NCBI GenBank assembly: GCA_016933575.1
Contig: JAFGAR010000088.1
Span: 32,001-96,000, forward strand
Reading direction: 5' to 3'
DNA: 64,000 bases
From: Candidatus Thorarchaeota archaeon
Lineage (GTDB): Archaea; Asgardarchaeota; Thorarchaeia; Thorarchaeales; Thorarchaeaceae
This document shows, piece by piece, positions 37,647 to 46,408 of this stretch (the first letter of the stretch is position 1; the number at the start of each line of letters is the position of its first letter). The position numbers and the translations under genes are program-made. Under the pieces are notes generated by a model that was not told where the DNA came from, did no database searches, and worked only from the letters and a program-made list of their open reading frames with translations.

Positions 37647-39323
37647 ATGGCTCGGTCCCGTGGAACAACAATCAGTGTAAAGGTCCCTATTAATTGGGAT
37701 ATCATGACGCAAAGGACTCAACAGAGGTTGAGGCAGATTGTTGGAAGGGATACCCGAGTAATCCGAGCGTTCCTTGGAATAATCGAACAACACGAAAACG
37801 AATTGCTAACCGGTCGAAAGAATAACAGAATTCATGATGGAAAATTAGACAAACTCACAATTACAGCGATTAGGGTCAAAGCTGGTAACGGTCAAAGGAT
37901 CACTGTTTCTCACGATATCAAACAGAGGTTCACAAGAATCTCTACGAATGAACTTCAGGAATGCAGGCAGACAGCGGTAGCGCTCTATGAGAGCTACTTG
38001 GCATTGAAAGGAAAAAAAAGATGGAGTCCATCTCGTCCTTCGAAGGTAAACTCAACTAGAAGAATACCACGATGGACGTTCATACAAAGATTCAAGCTCG
38101 AGCAGAATTCATCATCTGTTTCAAGATGGTGGCTCAATCTTCGGGACACTCTTGACTCTGTACCTGAAGGCCGCGTAATTCATGATAGATTATCTATTCC
38201 CCTAAAGGTGTCCCCCTTTCATATCAATCAGTTCCAACGAGGAGAAGTAAAGGCATGTCAAATCTTCACTGATCTTTCAGGGAAGTGGTGGGTAAATTTC
38301 GCTATACGTGTGGCCATTTCAGAGATTCCAAGTACCATTCATCCTCCTGCTGTTCTAGGAATCGACCTTGGTATCGAGAAGGCTGCATGTACGACCTTGA
38401 TTACACCTATGAAGGTACGAGAAACCCGATTCTTCAAACAGAGGAATAAGCTTGAAGTTATCAAGAATTACGACCGACTAGTGGCAGACCTTCAACACGA
38501 GATTTCTACTCGTATCAATACGACTCAGAATGCTGATGGTGTGCTTCAAAAAATAAGGCAGATGCGATATAAACGAGAAAGGGTTGCTCGTGGATATGAC
38601 CGAGTTCTTGTTAGAAACTTACTGGACTATATCGAAGAGTTGTCTGAGAAGTACACACTCTATGTAGCAATTGGTCGCTTGAAGAATATCCGAAATACAG
38701 CTCGAAAAGGTAACTTCAAGGGAAGAGAGTTCAGGGGAATGATTCACTCTTGGGCTTTTGCAAGAATCTCTGAGAGTCTAAAACATGGATTAGCCCAAAA
38801 AGGCTGGTCTGTGGAGGGAAAAGACGCGAGATTCCGTGCAGTTCCTGAAGCTTGGACATCCATCATGTGTTGGAAATGCGGTAGCAAAGGAGTAAGATCC
38901 AAACAGAATTACTTCAATTGTCCATCGTGTGGTCACAAAACAAATGCAGATAGGAATGGAGCAATCAATATCGCCGGACGTCTTATTACGCTCACAAAGT
39001 CATTGCACAATGTGAGAGGACTAGGTAAGTGGGAAACCTCTGTTCAGGCAGGGAAATACTCACGACCGAAAGCCCGAAAGAAGATGCCTTCTCAAGGGAA
39101 GTTCTTACTCTCCGAAGAAGATGAAACATCACATCTTGGAGAGTCCGCGGCTGTTCACTTTGTCCAGATGGACCTTATTAGTTTCAGTGATGGAATTAGT
39201 GAGGGCGATGACGATCCCGCCGTGGAAAATACTGTGGAAATCCTCTCTGTTGCTAGAAGTGATGCTCCGGCGTTAGAACAGGAGAAAGAAGCCAGGTCTT
39301 CAGGAGGGATTCCATCCCAATGA
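37647..39323 (+). CDS. tnpB: TnpB-like RNA-guided endonuclease (IS200/IS605/IS607-associated family) with a rearranged RuvC site
   Basis: RuvC-I LGIDLG (D240), RuvC-II position AIGRL (G343), VPEAWTS (E401), CxxC..CxxC zinc finger, RuvC-III NADRNGAINI (D435). Confidence 0.9.
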   Translation: MARSRGTTISVKVPINWDIMTQRTQQRLRQIVGRDTRVIRAFLGIIEQHENELLTGRKNNRIHDGKLDKLTITAIRVKAGNGQRITVSHDIKQRFTRISTNELQECRQTAVALYESYLALKGKKRWSPSRPSKVNSTRRIPRWTFIQRFKLEQNSSSVSRWWLNLRDTLDSVPEGRVIHDRLSIPLKVSPFHINQFQRGEVKACQIFTDLSGKWWVNFAIRVAISEIPSTIHPPAVLGIDLGIEKAACTTLITPMKVRETRFFKQRNKLEVIKNYDRLVADLQHEISTRINTTQNADGVLQKIRQMRYKRERVARGYDRVLVRNLLDYIEELSEKYTLYVAIGRLKNIRNTARKGNFKGREFRGMIHSWAFARISESLKHGLAQKGWSVEGKDARFRAVPEAWTSIMCWKCGSKGVRSKQNYFNCPSCGHKTNADRNGAINIAGRLITLTKSLHNVRGLGKWETSVQAGKYSRPKARKKMPSQGKFLLSEEDETSHLGESAAVHFVQMDLISFSDGISEGDDDPAVENTVEILSVARSDAPALEQEKEARSSGGIPSQ

Positions 39324-39455
39324 TAGCAGACAAAGCTCTTGCTGATTACATTCTCTGTGGAGTATGTAAGATGGCGACATCAAGTAAGGGAAGGGTAGAA
39401 CACAGAAGTTTCTTTCAGTTGAATTTCACTCAACAAGGGAGATTCAAATTGTATG
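39230..39455 (+). ncRNA. Putative omegaRNA/right-end region of the TnpB locus (boundaries approximate)
   Basis: Several stems overlapping and following the ORF end; a final GTTGA..TCAAC hairpin ends at 39434. Confidence 0.45.
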
Positions 39456-39521
39456 AATACTTGTAATACTCACCTATACTCAGATGAAAGATTCAGGTCG
39501 TATTTGTCCTTGTAATACTCA
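39440..39521. repeat. Two degenerate 33-bp direct repeats with a 49-bp period
   Basis: AGATTCA..T.GTAT...T.CTTGTAATACTCA at 39440 and 39489 (26/33 identical). Confidence 0.6.
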
Positions 39522-39557
39522 GATACTGATAATATAATAGCAAAAGAAGAGGAAACC

Positions 39558-39576
39558 GAGAGAGGTGACCTCTCTC
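39558..39576 (-). terminator. Hairpin downstream of rpl2
   Basis: GAGAGAGG-TGA-CCTCTCTC, with pyrimidine/U-rich sequence downstream on the minus strand. Confidence 0.6.
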
Positions 39577-39590
39577 AGTTCAAGAACTGT

Positions 39591-40313
39591 TTACTTTGTC
39601 TTGCGACCAGTTCTTCTTGCTGCAATATTACCGACTTTACGACCCGGAGGTGCGTGTCTACTCACTGTAGAAGGTCGACCAGGTGACTGATGTGACCCAC
39701 CACCGTGTGGATGCGAGGCTGCATTCATTGCAGCACCCCTGACAACAGGCCATTTTCGCGCTGTTCCACGAGTGTGGTGCCAGACTGCACCGGCTTTCAG
39801 GAAAGGTTTCTCAGATCGGCCACCACCAGCAACGATACCAACTGTAGCTCTGCATCGTGGACTGAAAGCCTTCTGTGAGCCACTTGGAAGGCGGACCATA
39901 GCCTTGGTCTTGTCTATGGATACTATTGTTGCTGTAAGACCTGAAGATTTCACGTACTTGCCACCATCCCCGGGGCTTCCTTCAATGTTATACACTGGAG
40001 TGCCTTCAGGGATATACTCAAGCATTAGAGTATTGCCATTTGCCAATCGGGCTTCCTCTCCGCTTTCAACCACTTGACCAACATATGCTCCTTCAGGAGC
40101 CACCATGTAGTACGGTTTTGTTTCGCCTTCATAGCGAATCTCAGCTAGAGGAGCACCTCGACCAGCCTCATGGAGGAGATCAATAATAGTTCCCACATAT
40201 GTCTTGCCAGGAGCCCATTTAGGATGTCTAGCAGGAGCTATCTTCTTGTGGCTCGGAGACCTCCATTGAGTAGTGCCTCGACCTTTCCGCTGCACAAGTA
40301 TTTTTCTACCCAT
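39591..40313 (-). CDS. rpl2: 50S ribosomal protein uL2
   Basis: MGRKILVQRKGRG, WPVVRGAAMNAASHPHGGG, PPGRKVG motifs. Confidence 0.97.
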   Translation of the reverse strand: MGRKILVQRKGRGTTQWRSPSHKKIAPARHPKWAPGKTYVGTIIDLLHEAGRGAPLAEIRYEGETKPYYMVAPEGAYVGQVVESGEEARLANGNTLMLEYIPEGTPVYNIEGSPGDGGKYVKSSGLTATIVSIDKTKAMVRLPSGSQKAFSPRCRATVGIVAGGGRSEKPFLKAGAVWHHTRGTARKWPVVRGAAMNAASHPHGGGSHQSPGRPSTVSRHAPPGRKVGNIAARRTGRKTK

Positions 40314-40325
40314 TCACAAGCCTCC

Positions 40326-40589
40326 TTAGAAGATCCCGAGGTTGGTTGCAACCTCTGCAGCACTGTACTCTGGTGCTAATCTCACAAATGCCTTTTTTCT
40401 GCCATCAGGCATTATCAGTGTGTTAACCTTCGCTACTACAACGTCGTAAAGGGATTCCACGGCCCACCGGATGGTATTCTTGTTAGCCTTGGGTGCAACA
40501 TAGAAGATGAGCTTATTGTCTTTATCAACTGCTTCAAGACTCGCCTCAGTCACTACTGGGCGGATAATTATATCATTAGGGTCTACCAT
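40326..40589 (-). CDS. rpl23: 50S ribosomal protein uL23
   Basis: KVNTLI..DGRKKAFVRL; ATG after GAGGTG. Confidence 0.95.
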   Translation of the reverse strand: MVDPNDIIIRPVVTEASLEAVDKDNKLIFYVAPKANKNTIRWAVESLYDVVVAKVNTLIMPDGRKKAFVRLAPEYSAAEVATNLGIF

Positions 40590-40599
40590 GATGCACACC

Positions 40600-41391
40600 T
40601 CAGATGAACAAATTCTCCTTTCCGAGCCTATCAATGGCTGTTGTTGTCCAGACCACAAGACGACCAGGGTGTGTTCCCGGGGCTAGGAGTTCTGCGTTCA
40701 GACCATGAACTTCAGCAACATCAACACCAGGAATATTACGTGCGGCCTTTATGATTCCTGAATCTGTACCGATGACTATCAGTAGTGACTTAGGAGTCTT
40801 CATCTTTCGACCACGCATCTTCCCTTTACCTGCTCTGATACTGCGACCATTACTTGCTCTTTCAAGATCATCACCGAGTCCTAGAGCAGTCAAGGTTTCA
40901 AGAACCTCTTTTGTTGTTGCAAGTGTTTCCAGCTTGCTACTGACGATAAGAGGAATTGCAGGAACTTTTTCGATCTTATGACCACGATTCTTTACATACA
41001 GGGGATTTGCACTTGCTGCAATGGCTGATCGAATTGCTAGACGATTTTCCTTGGTATTGATTCTCTCAACAAGGACCTTCCGTGCCTCCGGTGGGTGTGC
41101 TACACGACCACCGACTGTACCAGGAGCGAATCCAGCTTTGTTTGCAGCACCAGTGCCACTGCCCTTAATGCGCGGCATTCTTGATCTACCATGTCCTGTC
41201 TGCCAGCTCTGAGCTGTATTGCGTTTTCCTGCGAGTTCATCAACACCATGTGGTTGAAATCTGCGGGACTGCACAGCTAATACTGCTCTCTTGATTACAT
41301 CAGGACGATATGGTGTATCAAAGTGAGCTGGTAACTCGATAGTTTCCTTGCTGGCTTTGCCAGTTAGTGTATAAGTCTTAATATTTGCCAT
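40600..41391 (-). CDS. rpl4: 50S ribosomal protein uL4
   Basis: YRPDVIKRA, SW.TG.G.SR.PR, RAGKGKMRGR, LAPG..PGRL motifs. Confidence 0.96.
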   Translation of the reverse strand: MANIKTYTLTGKASKETIELPAHFDTPYRPDVIKRAVLAVQSRRFQPHGVDELAGKRNTAQSWQTGHGRSRMPRIKGSGTGAANKAGFAPGTVGGRVAHPPEARKVLVERINTKENRLAIRSAIAASANPLYVKNRGHKIEKVPAIPLIVSSKLETLATTKEVLETLTALGLGDDLERASNGRSIRAGKGKMRGRKMKTPKSLLIVIGTDSGIIKAARNIPGVDVAEVHGLNAELLAPGTHPGRLVVWTTTAIDRLGKENLFI

Positions 41392-41404
41392 AGATTGCAT
41401 CCTC

Positions 41405-42412
41405 CTACTGCTTCGAAGCTGTGCTGATGTAACTGACCTGCACAGGTCGCTCCACCTTGCTCTTCTTAGGGCGTATTGCGAATCTGAGTCTGACTGGTCG
41501 CTTTATTGCGCCAGGAACAGAACCGCGGAGCATTAAGTAGTCGCCTCGGATAACACCATAATTCACAAAGCCACCAGAAGGTGTAATTTCTTCACCACGT
41601 TCACCCATCTTGACTACTTTGTTATTGAAGCTTGTACGGGTGTGAAAACCAGTCTGACCTGGTCGTGGAACGGTGTATCTGATACTGCTAGGAGTCCACG
41701 GGCCAATACAGCCTACGCCACGCTTTGTCTTTCGGGACTTGTGCTGAAGAATTCTAATTCCCCAACGGCGAACAGGACCCTGAAAACCGTGACCCTTGGT
41801 CACAGCAATGCTATCAACAAAGATTCCCTCATTGAGAATGTCCGCAACACGGACATCGGTACCTAAGACTGTCTTTGCATATTCAAAGGCTTCCTTGATG
41901 TCTTGGGAACCAATCTTGAATTCCATTACATCAGGCTTCTTCTTCGCAATCCCTGCAAGCCTTGGCTGAGTATGTATCAACATCCGAATCTCGGCAAATG
42001 AGTCGAGCTTTGACTCGAACTCACCCATCTTGGTTTCATAATCGTACTCTTTTGGTAATGGCATAGTCTTTCGGAGATCTTCGGACATACTTCCAGCAAG
42101 AACCTCCATTGAGAGCCGGAACCCATAAGGTGTACTCTCATAGCCACGAATTGAGAACGGTCTAATCGGTGGTGTGTCAATCACTGTGACCGGGATAACG
42201 GTCTCTTGTCCTTGGAATGGACTGTCAGGATTGCCAACGGTTACAACAGCATGGGTCATACCTGCCTTGTAACCAATGAAACCGAGTAGTTTTGCAGCCG
42301 AGTCAGTATACTCAGGCCAATTCTTGATACGGGGCACGAATTTAGAAGCCTTACCACGCGGCAAGTAAGCTAGACTGCCACGTCTCGGTGCATTCTTCTT
42401 TCGATGTGCCAT
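41405..42412 (-). CDS. rpl3: 50S ribosomal protein uL3
   Basis: PRRGSLAYLPR, GYKAGMTH, TKGHGFQGPVRRWG, GQTGFH.RT motifs. Confidence 0.97.
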   Translation of the reverse strand: MAHRKKNAPRRGSLAYLPRGKASKFVPRIKNWPEYTDSAAKLLGFIGYKAGMTHAVVTVGNPDSPFQGQETVIPVTVIDTPPIRPFSIRGYESTPYGFRLSMEVLAGSMSEDLRKTMPLPKEYDYETKMGEFESKLDSFAEIRMLIHTQPRLAGIAKKKPDVMEFKIGSQDIKEAFEYAKTVLGTDVRVADILNEGIFVDSIAVTKGHGFQGPVRRWGIRILQHKSRKTKRGVGCIGPWTPSSIRYTVPRPGQTGFHTRTSFNNKVVKMGERGEEITPSGGFVNYGVIRGDYLMLRGSVPGAIKRPVRLRFAIRPKKSKVERPVQVSYISTASKQ

Positions 42413-42587
42413 AATTAACACCACAAAGGTATTCGTATCGAATGGCCGATGAACTGGGCTATTCGTACTACAACAGGCGCGAAAAGTGGAGATGGTTTTT
42501 AAAACTTGCCTACTGACCAAGGAACATAGATGGCATAGAATATCATGTCAGGAGAGTGGATATCTCTTTAGACTAGAGTTGAAATCA

Positions 42588-44954
42588 TCAGAATCTATTC
42601 TGTTCAGTTCTAGCTAGTATCTCATCTTGTAGGTCTTTCCCGATATTTACAAAGTAGTCTGAATATCCAGCAACCCGTACAATGAGATTTTGATAGTTTT
42701 CAGGATGTCTTTGAGCATCTCTCAAGGTGTCCGCCCTAATGACATTGAATTGAATGTGATGACCTCCAAGCTTGAAATATGTACGAACTAGGTCAGCCAG
42801 TTTTCGTCTTCCCTCAAGATCAGCCAATACATCAGGCATGAATTTCTGATTTAGAAGGGTTCCTCCAGTCTTTGAGTGATCGATCTTGGAAACAGATTTT
42901 ATTACAGCAGTGGGACCATTAGTGTCAGCTCCATGACTTGGAGAGATACCATCAGACAGTGGAGATCCTGCCCTTCGTCCGTCAGGTGTAGCACCTGTCA
43001 CTTGTCCAAAATAGATGTGTACTGTTGTAGGAAGAAGATTTACCCGATACTCACCACCCTTGGTATTGGGTCGACCATCAATTGCCTTGAAGTAGGCTTC
43101 AAAGACTGTCTTTGCAATGTCATCTGCAATGTCATTGTCATTACCATACTTTGGTGTCTTATTCAACAAGGTCATTCTCATAGGTTCGTTGTCTTTGAAA
43201 TCGGTTACAATTGCATCAAGTACCTGGGACATGGTGTATCGTTTCTTATCAAAGACATGATGTTTGAGTGATGTAAGTGAATCAGTAATTGTCCCCATCC
43301 CAACACCTTGAATGTATGTTGAATTATATCGTGGACCACCATTATGGTAGTCTTTTCCCTTCATAATACAATCATCAAATAACAAGGACAGGAAGGGAGC
43401 TGGCATATACTCTGCATACAGTCGCTCGATTATGTTGTTGCCCTTGATTTTTATATCAATGAAATATTCTAGTTGTTTCTCATAGGCTGAGAACAGCTCT
43501 TCATAAGACCGGAATTCACTTGCAATACCAGTCTGAGGACCGACTTGGATTCCTGTTCTGGGATCAACACCATTATGAAGTGTAATCTCAAGAATCTTAG
43601 GCCAGTTACAATATCCTGTCAATATGCAACTTTCTTTTCCAAAAGCACTGATAGTCACACAGCCACTAGGACCTCCAACCCTTGCATCTTCAAGTGACTT
43701 TCCAGCCCGAAGGAACTCCTTGATTATGACATCTGTGTTGAACATTGAGGGTTGACCAAAACCTTCCTTCACCACATCAACTGCGCTCAAGAGAAACCTG
43801 TCGGGATTCTCTGTACTCATCTGGATGCAGACACTCGGTTGTATCAGTCTCATCTCATTACAGACTTCTAGGATGAGATATGATATCTCATTGACACCGT
43901 CTGTACCATCTATCTTTAAGCCACCGGTATTGATCAACGCAAAGTCTTGGTAGGTCCCACTCTGTTGTTCAGTGATGTCCACTTTGGGTGGGGCAGGTTG
44001 ATTGTTGAACTTAATCCAGAAGCATTGCAGAAGCTCTTTAGCTGAATCTCTGGTAAGAGTACCCTGCTCAAGTCCCTGCTCATAGAAAGGATGGAGATGC
44101 TGGTCCAATCGACCAGGATTGAAGCTGTCCCATACATTGAGCTCAGTAATAACTCCTAGATGAATGAACCAATATGCCTGAAGAGCCTCCCAGAAATCAC
44201 GGGGAGGATTTGCTGGAACGTGATGACATACATCTGCAATTTTCCTCAGTTCTTTTTTACGCTCAGGCTCAGATTCCAACTTAGCAAGTTCCTCTGCTTT
44301 ATCAGCATAACGTTGCGCAAAAGCAATCATAGCTTCTGCTGCAATTCTCATCGCCTTGAGTTCTTGTTCCTTGAGATACGCCTCTAGGTCATTATAGAAA
44401 TCTAATTTTTCCAAGCTCTTCTCAATATCATCGATTAGATTCAGCAGTCCTCTTCGATAGATCTTATCATCTAAGATTGCATGACCGGGGGCTCGCTGTT
44501 CCATGAACTCAGTAAACACACCAGCCTCAAAGGCGTTCATCCAATCATCGGACATTGCATTGAAGACTCGTTCACGCATTGTCCTTCCTTTCCAGAAGGG
44601 AATAATATCATCACGGTAGGTGTTTAGTGTGTCTTCACTTACTAGAAAGGGAGTTCGTTCACGAGAATTGGCAATAGTAAGGTCATCGATTGTATGACAG
44701 CATAGTTCGGGGTACGTGGGAGTAGCTCTTGGTGCTGAACCGCGCTCTCCAACTATTAGTTCTCCATCAGCAATCATAATTGTCTTATTTTCGAGAATGT
44801 ACTTGAATGCAAGAGCTCGTGCGATAGGTGTCGATACCAAGTCTGCTGCTCCACTTTGATAGAAGTCTGTTAGAAATTCTGCACGTTCTGTGCAGATGTA
44901 AGGCTTTGTACCTACACTCTGATTCCTTAGTGCAATCACGCGCTCAGTCTGCAA
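42588..44954 (-). CDS. Glycyl radical enzyme, HypD (4-hydroxyproline dehydratase)-like with a variant active site
   Basis: IVRVAGYS glycyl motif; RAPGH, ELN.WD, APPKV, TY.DF, LPTT.H.YFG; Cys loop reads SGCVT. Confidence 0.85.
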   Translation of the reverse strand: MQTERVIALRNQSVGTKPYICTERAEFLTDFYQSGAADLVSTPIARALAFKYILENKTIMIADGELIVGERGSAPRATPTYPELCCHTIDDLTIANSRERTPFLVSEDTLNTYRDDIIPFWKGRTMRERVFNAMSDDWMNAFEAGVFTEFMEQRAPGHAILDDKIYRRGLLNLIDDIEKSLEKLDFYNDLEAYLKEQELKAMRIAAEAMIAFAQRYADKAEELAKLESEPERKKELRKIADVCHHVPANPPRDFWEALQAYWFIHLGVITELNVWDSFNPGRLDQHLHPFYEQGLEQGTLTRDSAKELLQCFWIKFNNQPAPPKVDITEQQSGTYQDFALINTGGLKIDGTDGVNEISYLILEVCNEMRLIQPSVCIQMSTENPDRFLLSAVDVVKEGFGQPSMFNTDVIIKEFLRAGKSLEDARVGGPSGCVTISAFGKESCILTGYCNWPKILEITLHNGVDPRTGIQVGPQTGIASEFRSYEELFSAYEKQLEYFIDIKIKGNNIIERLYAEYMPAPFLSLLFDDCIMKGKDYHNGGPRYNSTYIQGVGMGTITDSLTSLKHHVFDKKRYTMSQVLDAIVTDFKDNEPMRMTLLNKTPKYGNDNDIADDIAKTVFEAYFKAIDGRPNTKGGEYRVNLLPTTVHIYFGQVTGATPDGRRAGSPLSDGISPSHGADTNGPTAVIKSVSKIDHSKTGGTLLNQKFMPDVLADLEGRRKLADLVRTYFKLGGHHIQFNVIRADTLRDAQRHPENYQNLIVRVAGYSDYFVNIGKDLQDEILARTEQNRF

Positions 44955-45039
44955 AGAATCAACCTCACAATGACCCAGATATGTGATGATTTGTTATTTT
45001 CGTACTCTATTCTCTTTAAAGGTCATGTATATGGGTTCA

Positions 45040-45903
45040 TCAATCGTAGAAACCTGTTTGTGAAATAAGATTACCCACAGAGTTGTTGAGCAACCCAAGA
45101 CTAATCATTAAGGCCTCTTCAAGGCGAACAGTTTCAGTTCCCTGATTATCAATCGTATTCGTCCAGAAATCAATGCTCTGTTTGATATCATCTTTCTGAT
45201 CATCAAAGAGCTCTAGAATGCCCCGATTAGGACCTCCGAATACTGCGAGGACAGACTTGGTATTAGACACCGTAGCTTGTAGTTCATCGTCTATTCTCTT
45301 GAACATTGGCGCTTTTCTTGAGAAGCCAATACGGGTCGTTTTGTTCGACTGTTTGAGTAATTCGGGCAGACTTCCAGTTCTTGTAGACTCAAAACCCCAG
45401 TATTGAGATACATCAGACCTATTGATGACCTTAAGCGAGAGCTGAGGTATAACACTCTCGATCATGAATAGAGTTGGATCACGCTCACTCAGTGTCTGTG
45501 GATAATCTACTAGTTGGTCCAGACCGAGGTCGATTTTCCCGACTCTGGCTTGCACGCCCCATCGTATAGTGCCTACAGAGAGATTGGATATGGAGGATTG
45601 GAGTGGATGACTCTTGGTTCGGAGAGGTGGAAGAAGACCAGCAAATTTCAAAGAGGCAGATGTAGGGAATATTCTTCGTCGAAGATATTGTGGTGTGTCC
45701 ATGAATCTCAAGAGCTTCACCAGTAGGTCAGCATCACGTTTCTGCCGCGGTGATAGTTTGCCTGTGTTATAGATGAATATTTCATCAACTCTGAAGACTG
45801 CAAGAGCTCTTGCAATCTGACCTACTTTGATTGTCTTCAGGCGAATGTCAGGACAATCTATGAGTGATGTGTCCGGGAGCGCAACTTTTAGTGTCATTAT
45901 CAC
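45040..45903 (-). CDS. SPOUT RNA methyltransferase (DUF171/SPOUT1 family)
   Basis: GQIARALAVFRVDEI, TPQYLRR, GLLPPL...H, FGGP, QGTETVRLEEA motifs. Confidence 0.9.
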   Translation of the reverse strand: MIMTLKVALPDTSLIDCPDIRLKTIKVGQIARALAVFRVDEIFIYNTGKLSPRQKRDADLLVKLLRFMDTPQYLRRRIFPTSASLKFAGLLPPLRTKSHPLQSSISNLSVGTIRWGVQARVGKIDLGLDQLVDYPQTLSERDPTLFMIESVIPQLSLKVINRSDVSQYWGFESTRTGSLPELLKQSNKTTRIGFSRKAPMFKRIDDELQATVSNTKSVLAVFGGPNRGILELFDDQKDDIKQSIDFWTNTIDNQGTETVRLEEALMISLGLLNNSVGNLISQTGFYD

Positions 45904-45909
45904 GACCTC

Positions 45910-46341
45910 CTACAGATCCAAGGTGAACCAGAGTCTGGTAGTTTCATCTGTTCTTTCAATCTTCATATCAGCATAGGTCATAGCCTTGACCTCAGTTTTC
46001 GTATCATGCTTACTAAAATCAATGTCTTCTCCAAAAACCGTTCCCTTGAGTCTATATCCAGTAGATTCTCTATCTATTGTTTCAACCTTGAAACTGGAAT
46101 AGAACTGACCGTTAATATCGATGAGAGCTATGAGTCTACCAATCCATTCCACAAGGAGCTCTTGGAGATCAATTCCTACTACTACAAGATTGAAGGGAGT
46201 TGTTGGACTAACTGTGGTGGTATCAAGAATGACCTCAAAAGTTGCCTTTGCTGCTTCTTCAAATGATTCCTCTAATGTAGGAGCCCAGCATTCTATGGTA
46301 ATGTCTGCAGTATGCTCATGAAATCTAAAACCGCGGTCCAA
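45910..46341 (-). CDS. Archease
   Basis: EHTAD, EVKAMTY and terminal LDL motifs. Confidence 0.93.
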   Translation of the reverse strand: MDRGFRFHEHTADITIECWAPTLEESFEEAAKATFEVILDTTTVSPTTPFNLVVVGIDLQELLVEWIGRLIALIDINGQFYSSFKVETIDRESTGYRLKGTVFGEDIDFSKHDTKTEVKAMTYADMKIERTDETTRLWFTLDL

Positions 46342-46408
46342 ATTCTAATTCTCCAAACTCAACCACGACAAGAAGCTTAAAAGGCATTTCCAACGGTGGA
46401 AATCCTAA

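Noticed and set aside
37647-39323. Nuclease-dead TnpB (TldR-like)
   Set aside because: Loss of the RuvC-II Glu is accompanied by a Glu at the known alternative position, and both Asp residues are intact.
32480-39550. Terminal inverted repeats or target-site duplication around the island
   Set aside because: Only short AT-rich similarities (TAATATA..TAGC, GATTCAA), which are not distinguishable from chance.
32400-39560. Bona fide CRISPR-Cas12 locus
   Set aside because: No array of three or more repeats and no cas1/cas2; only two degenerate repeats.
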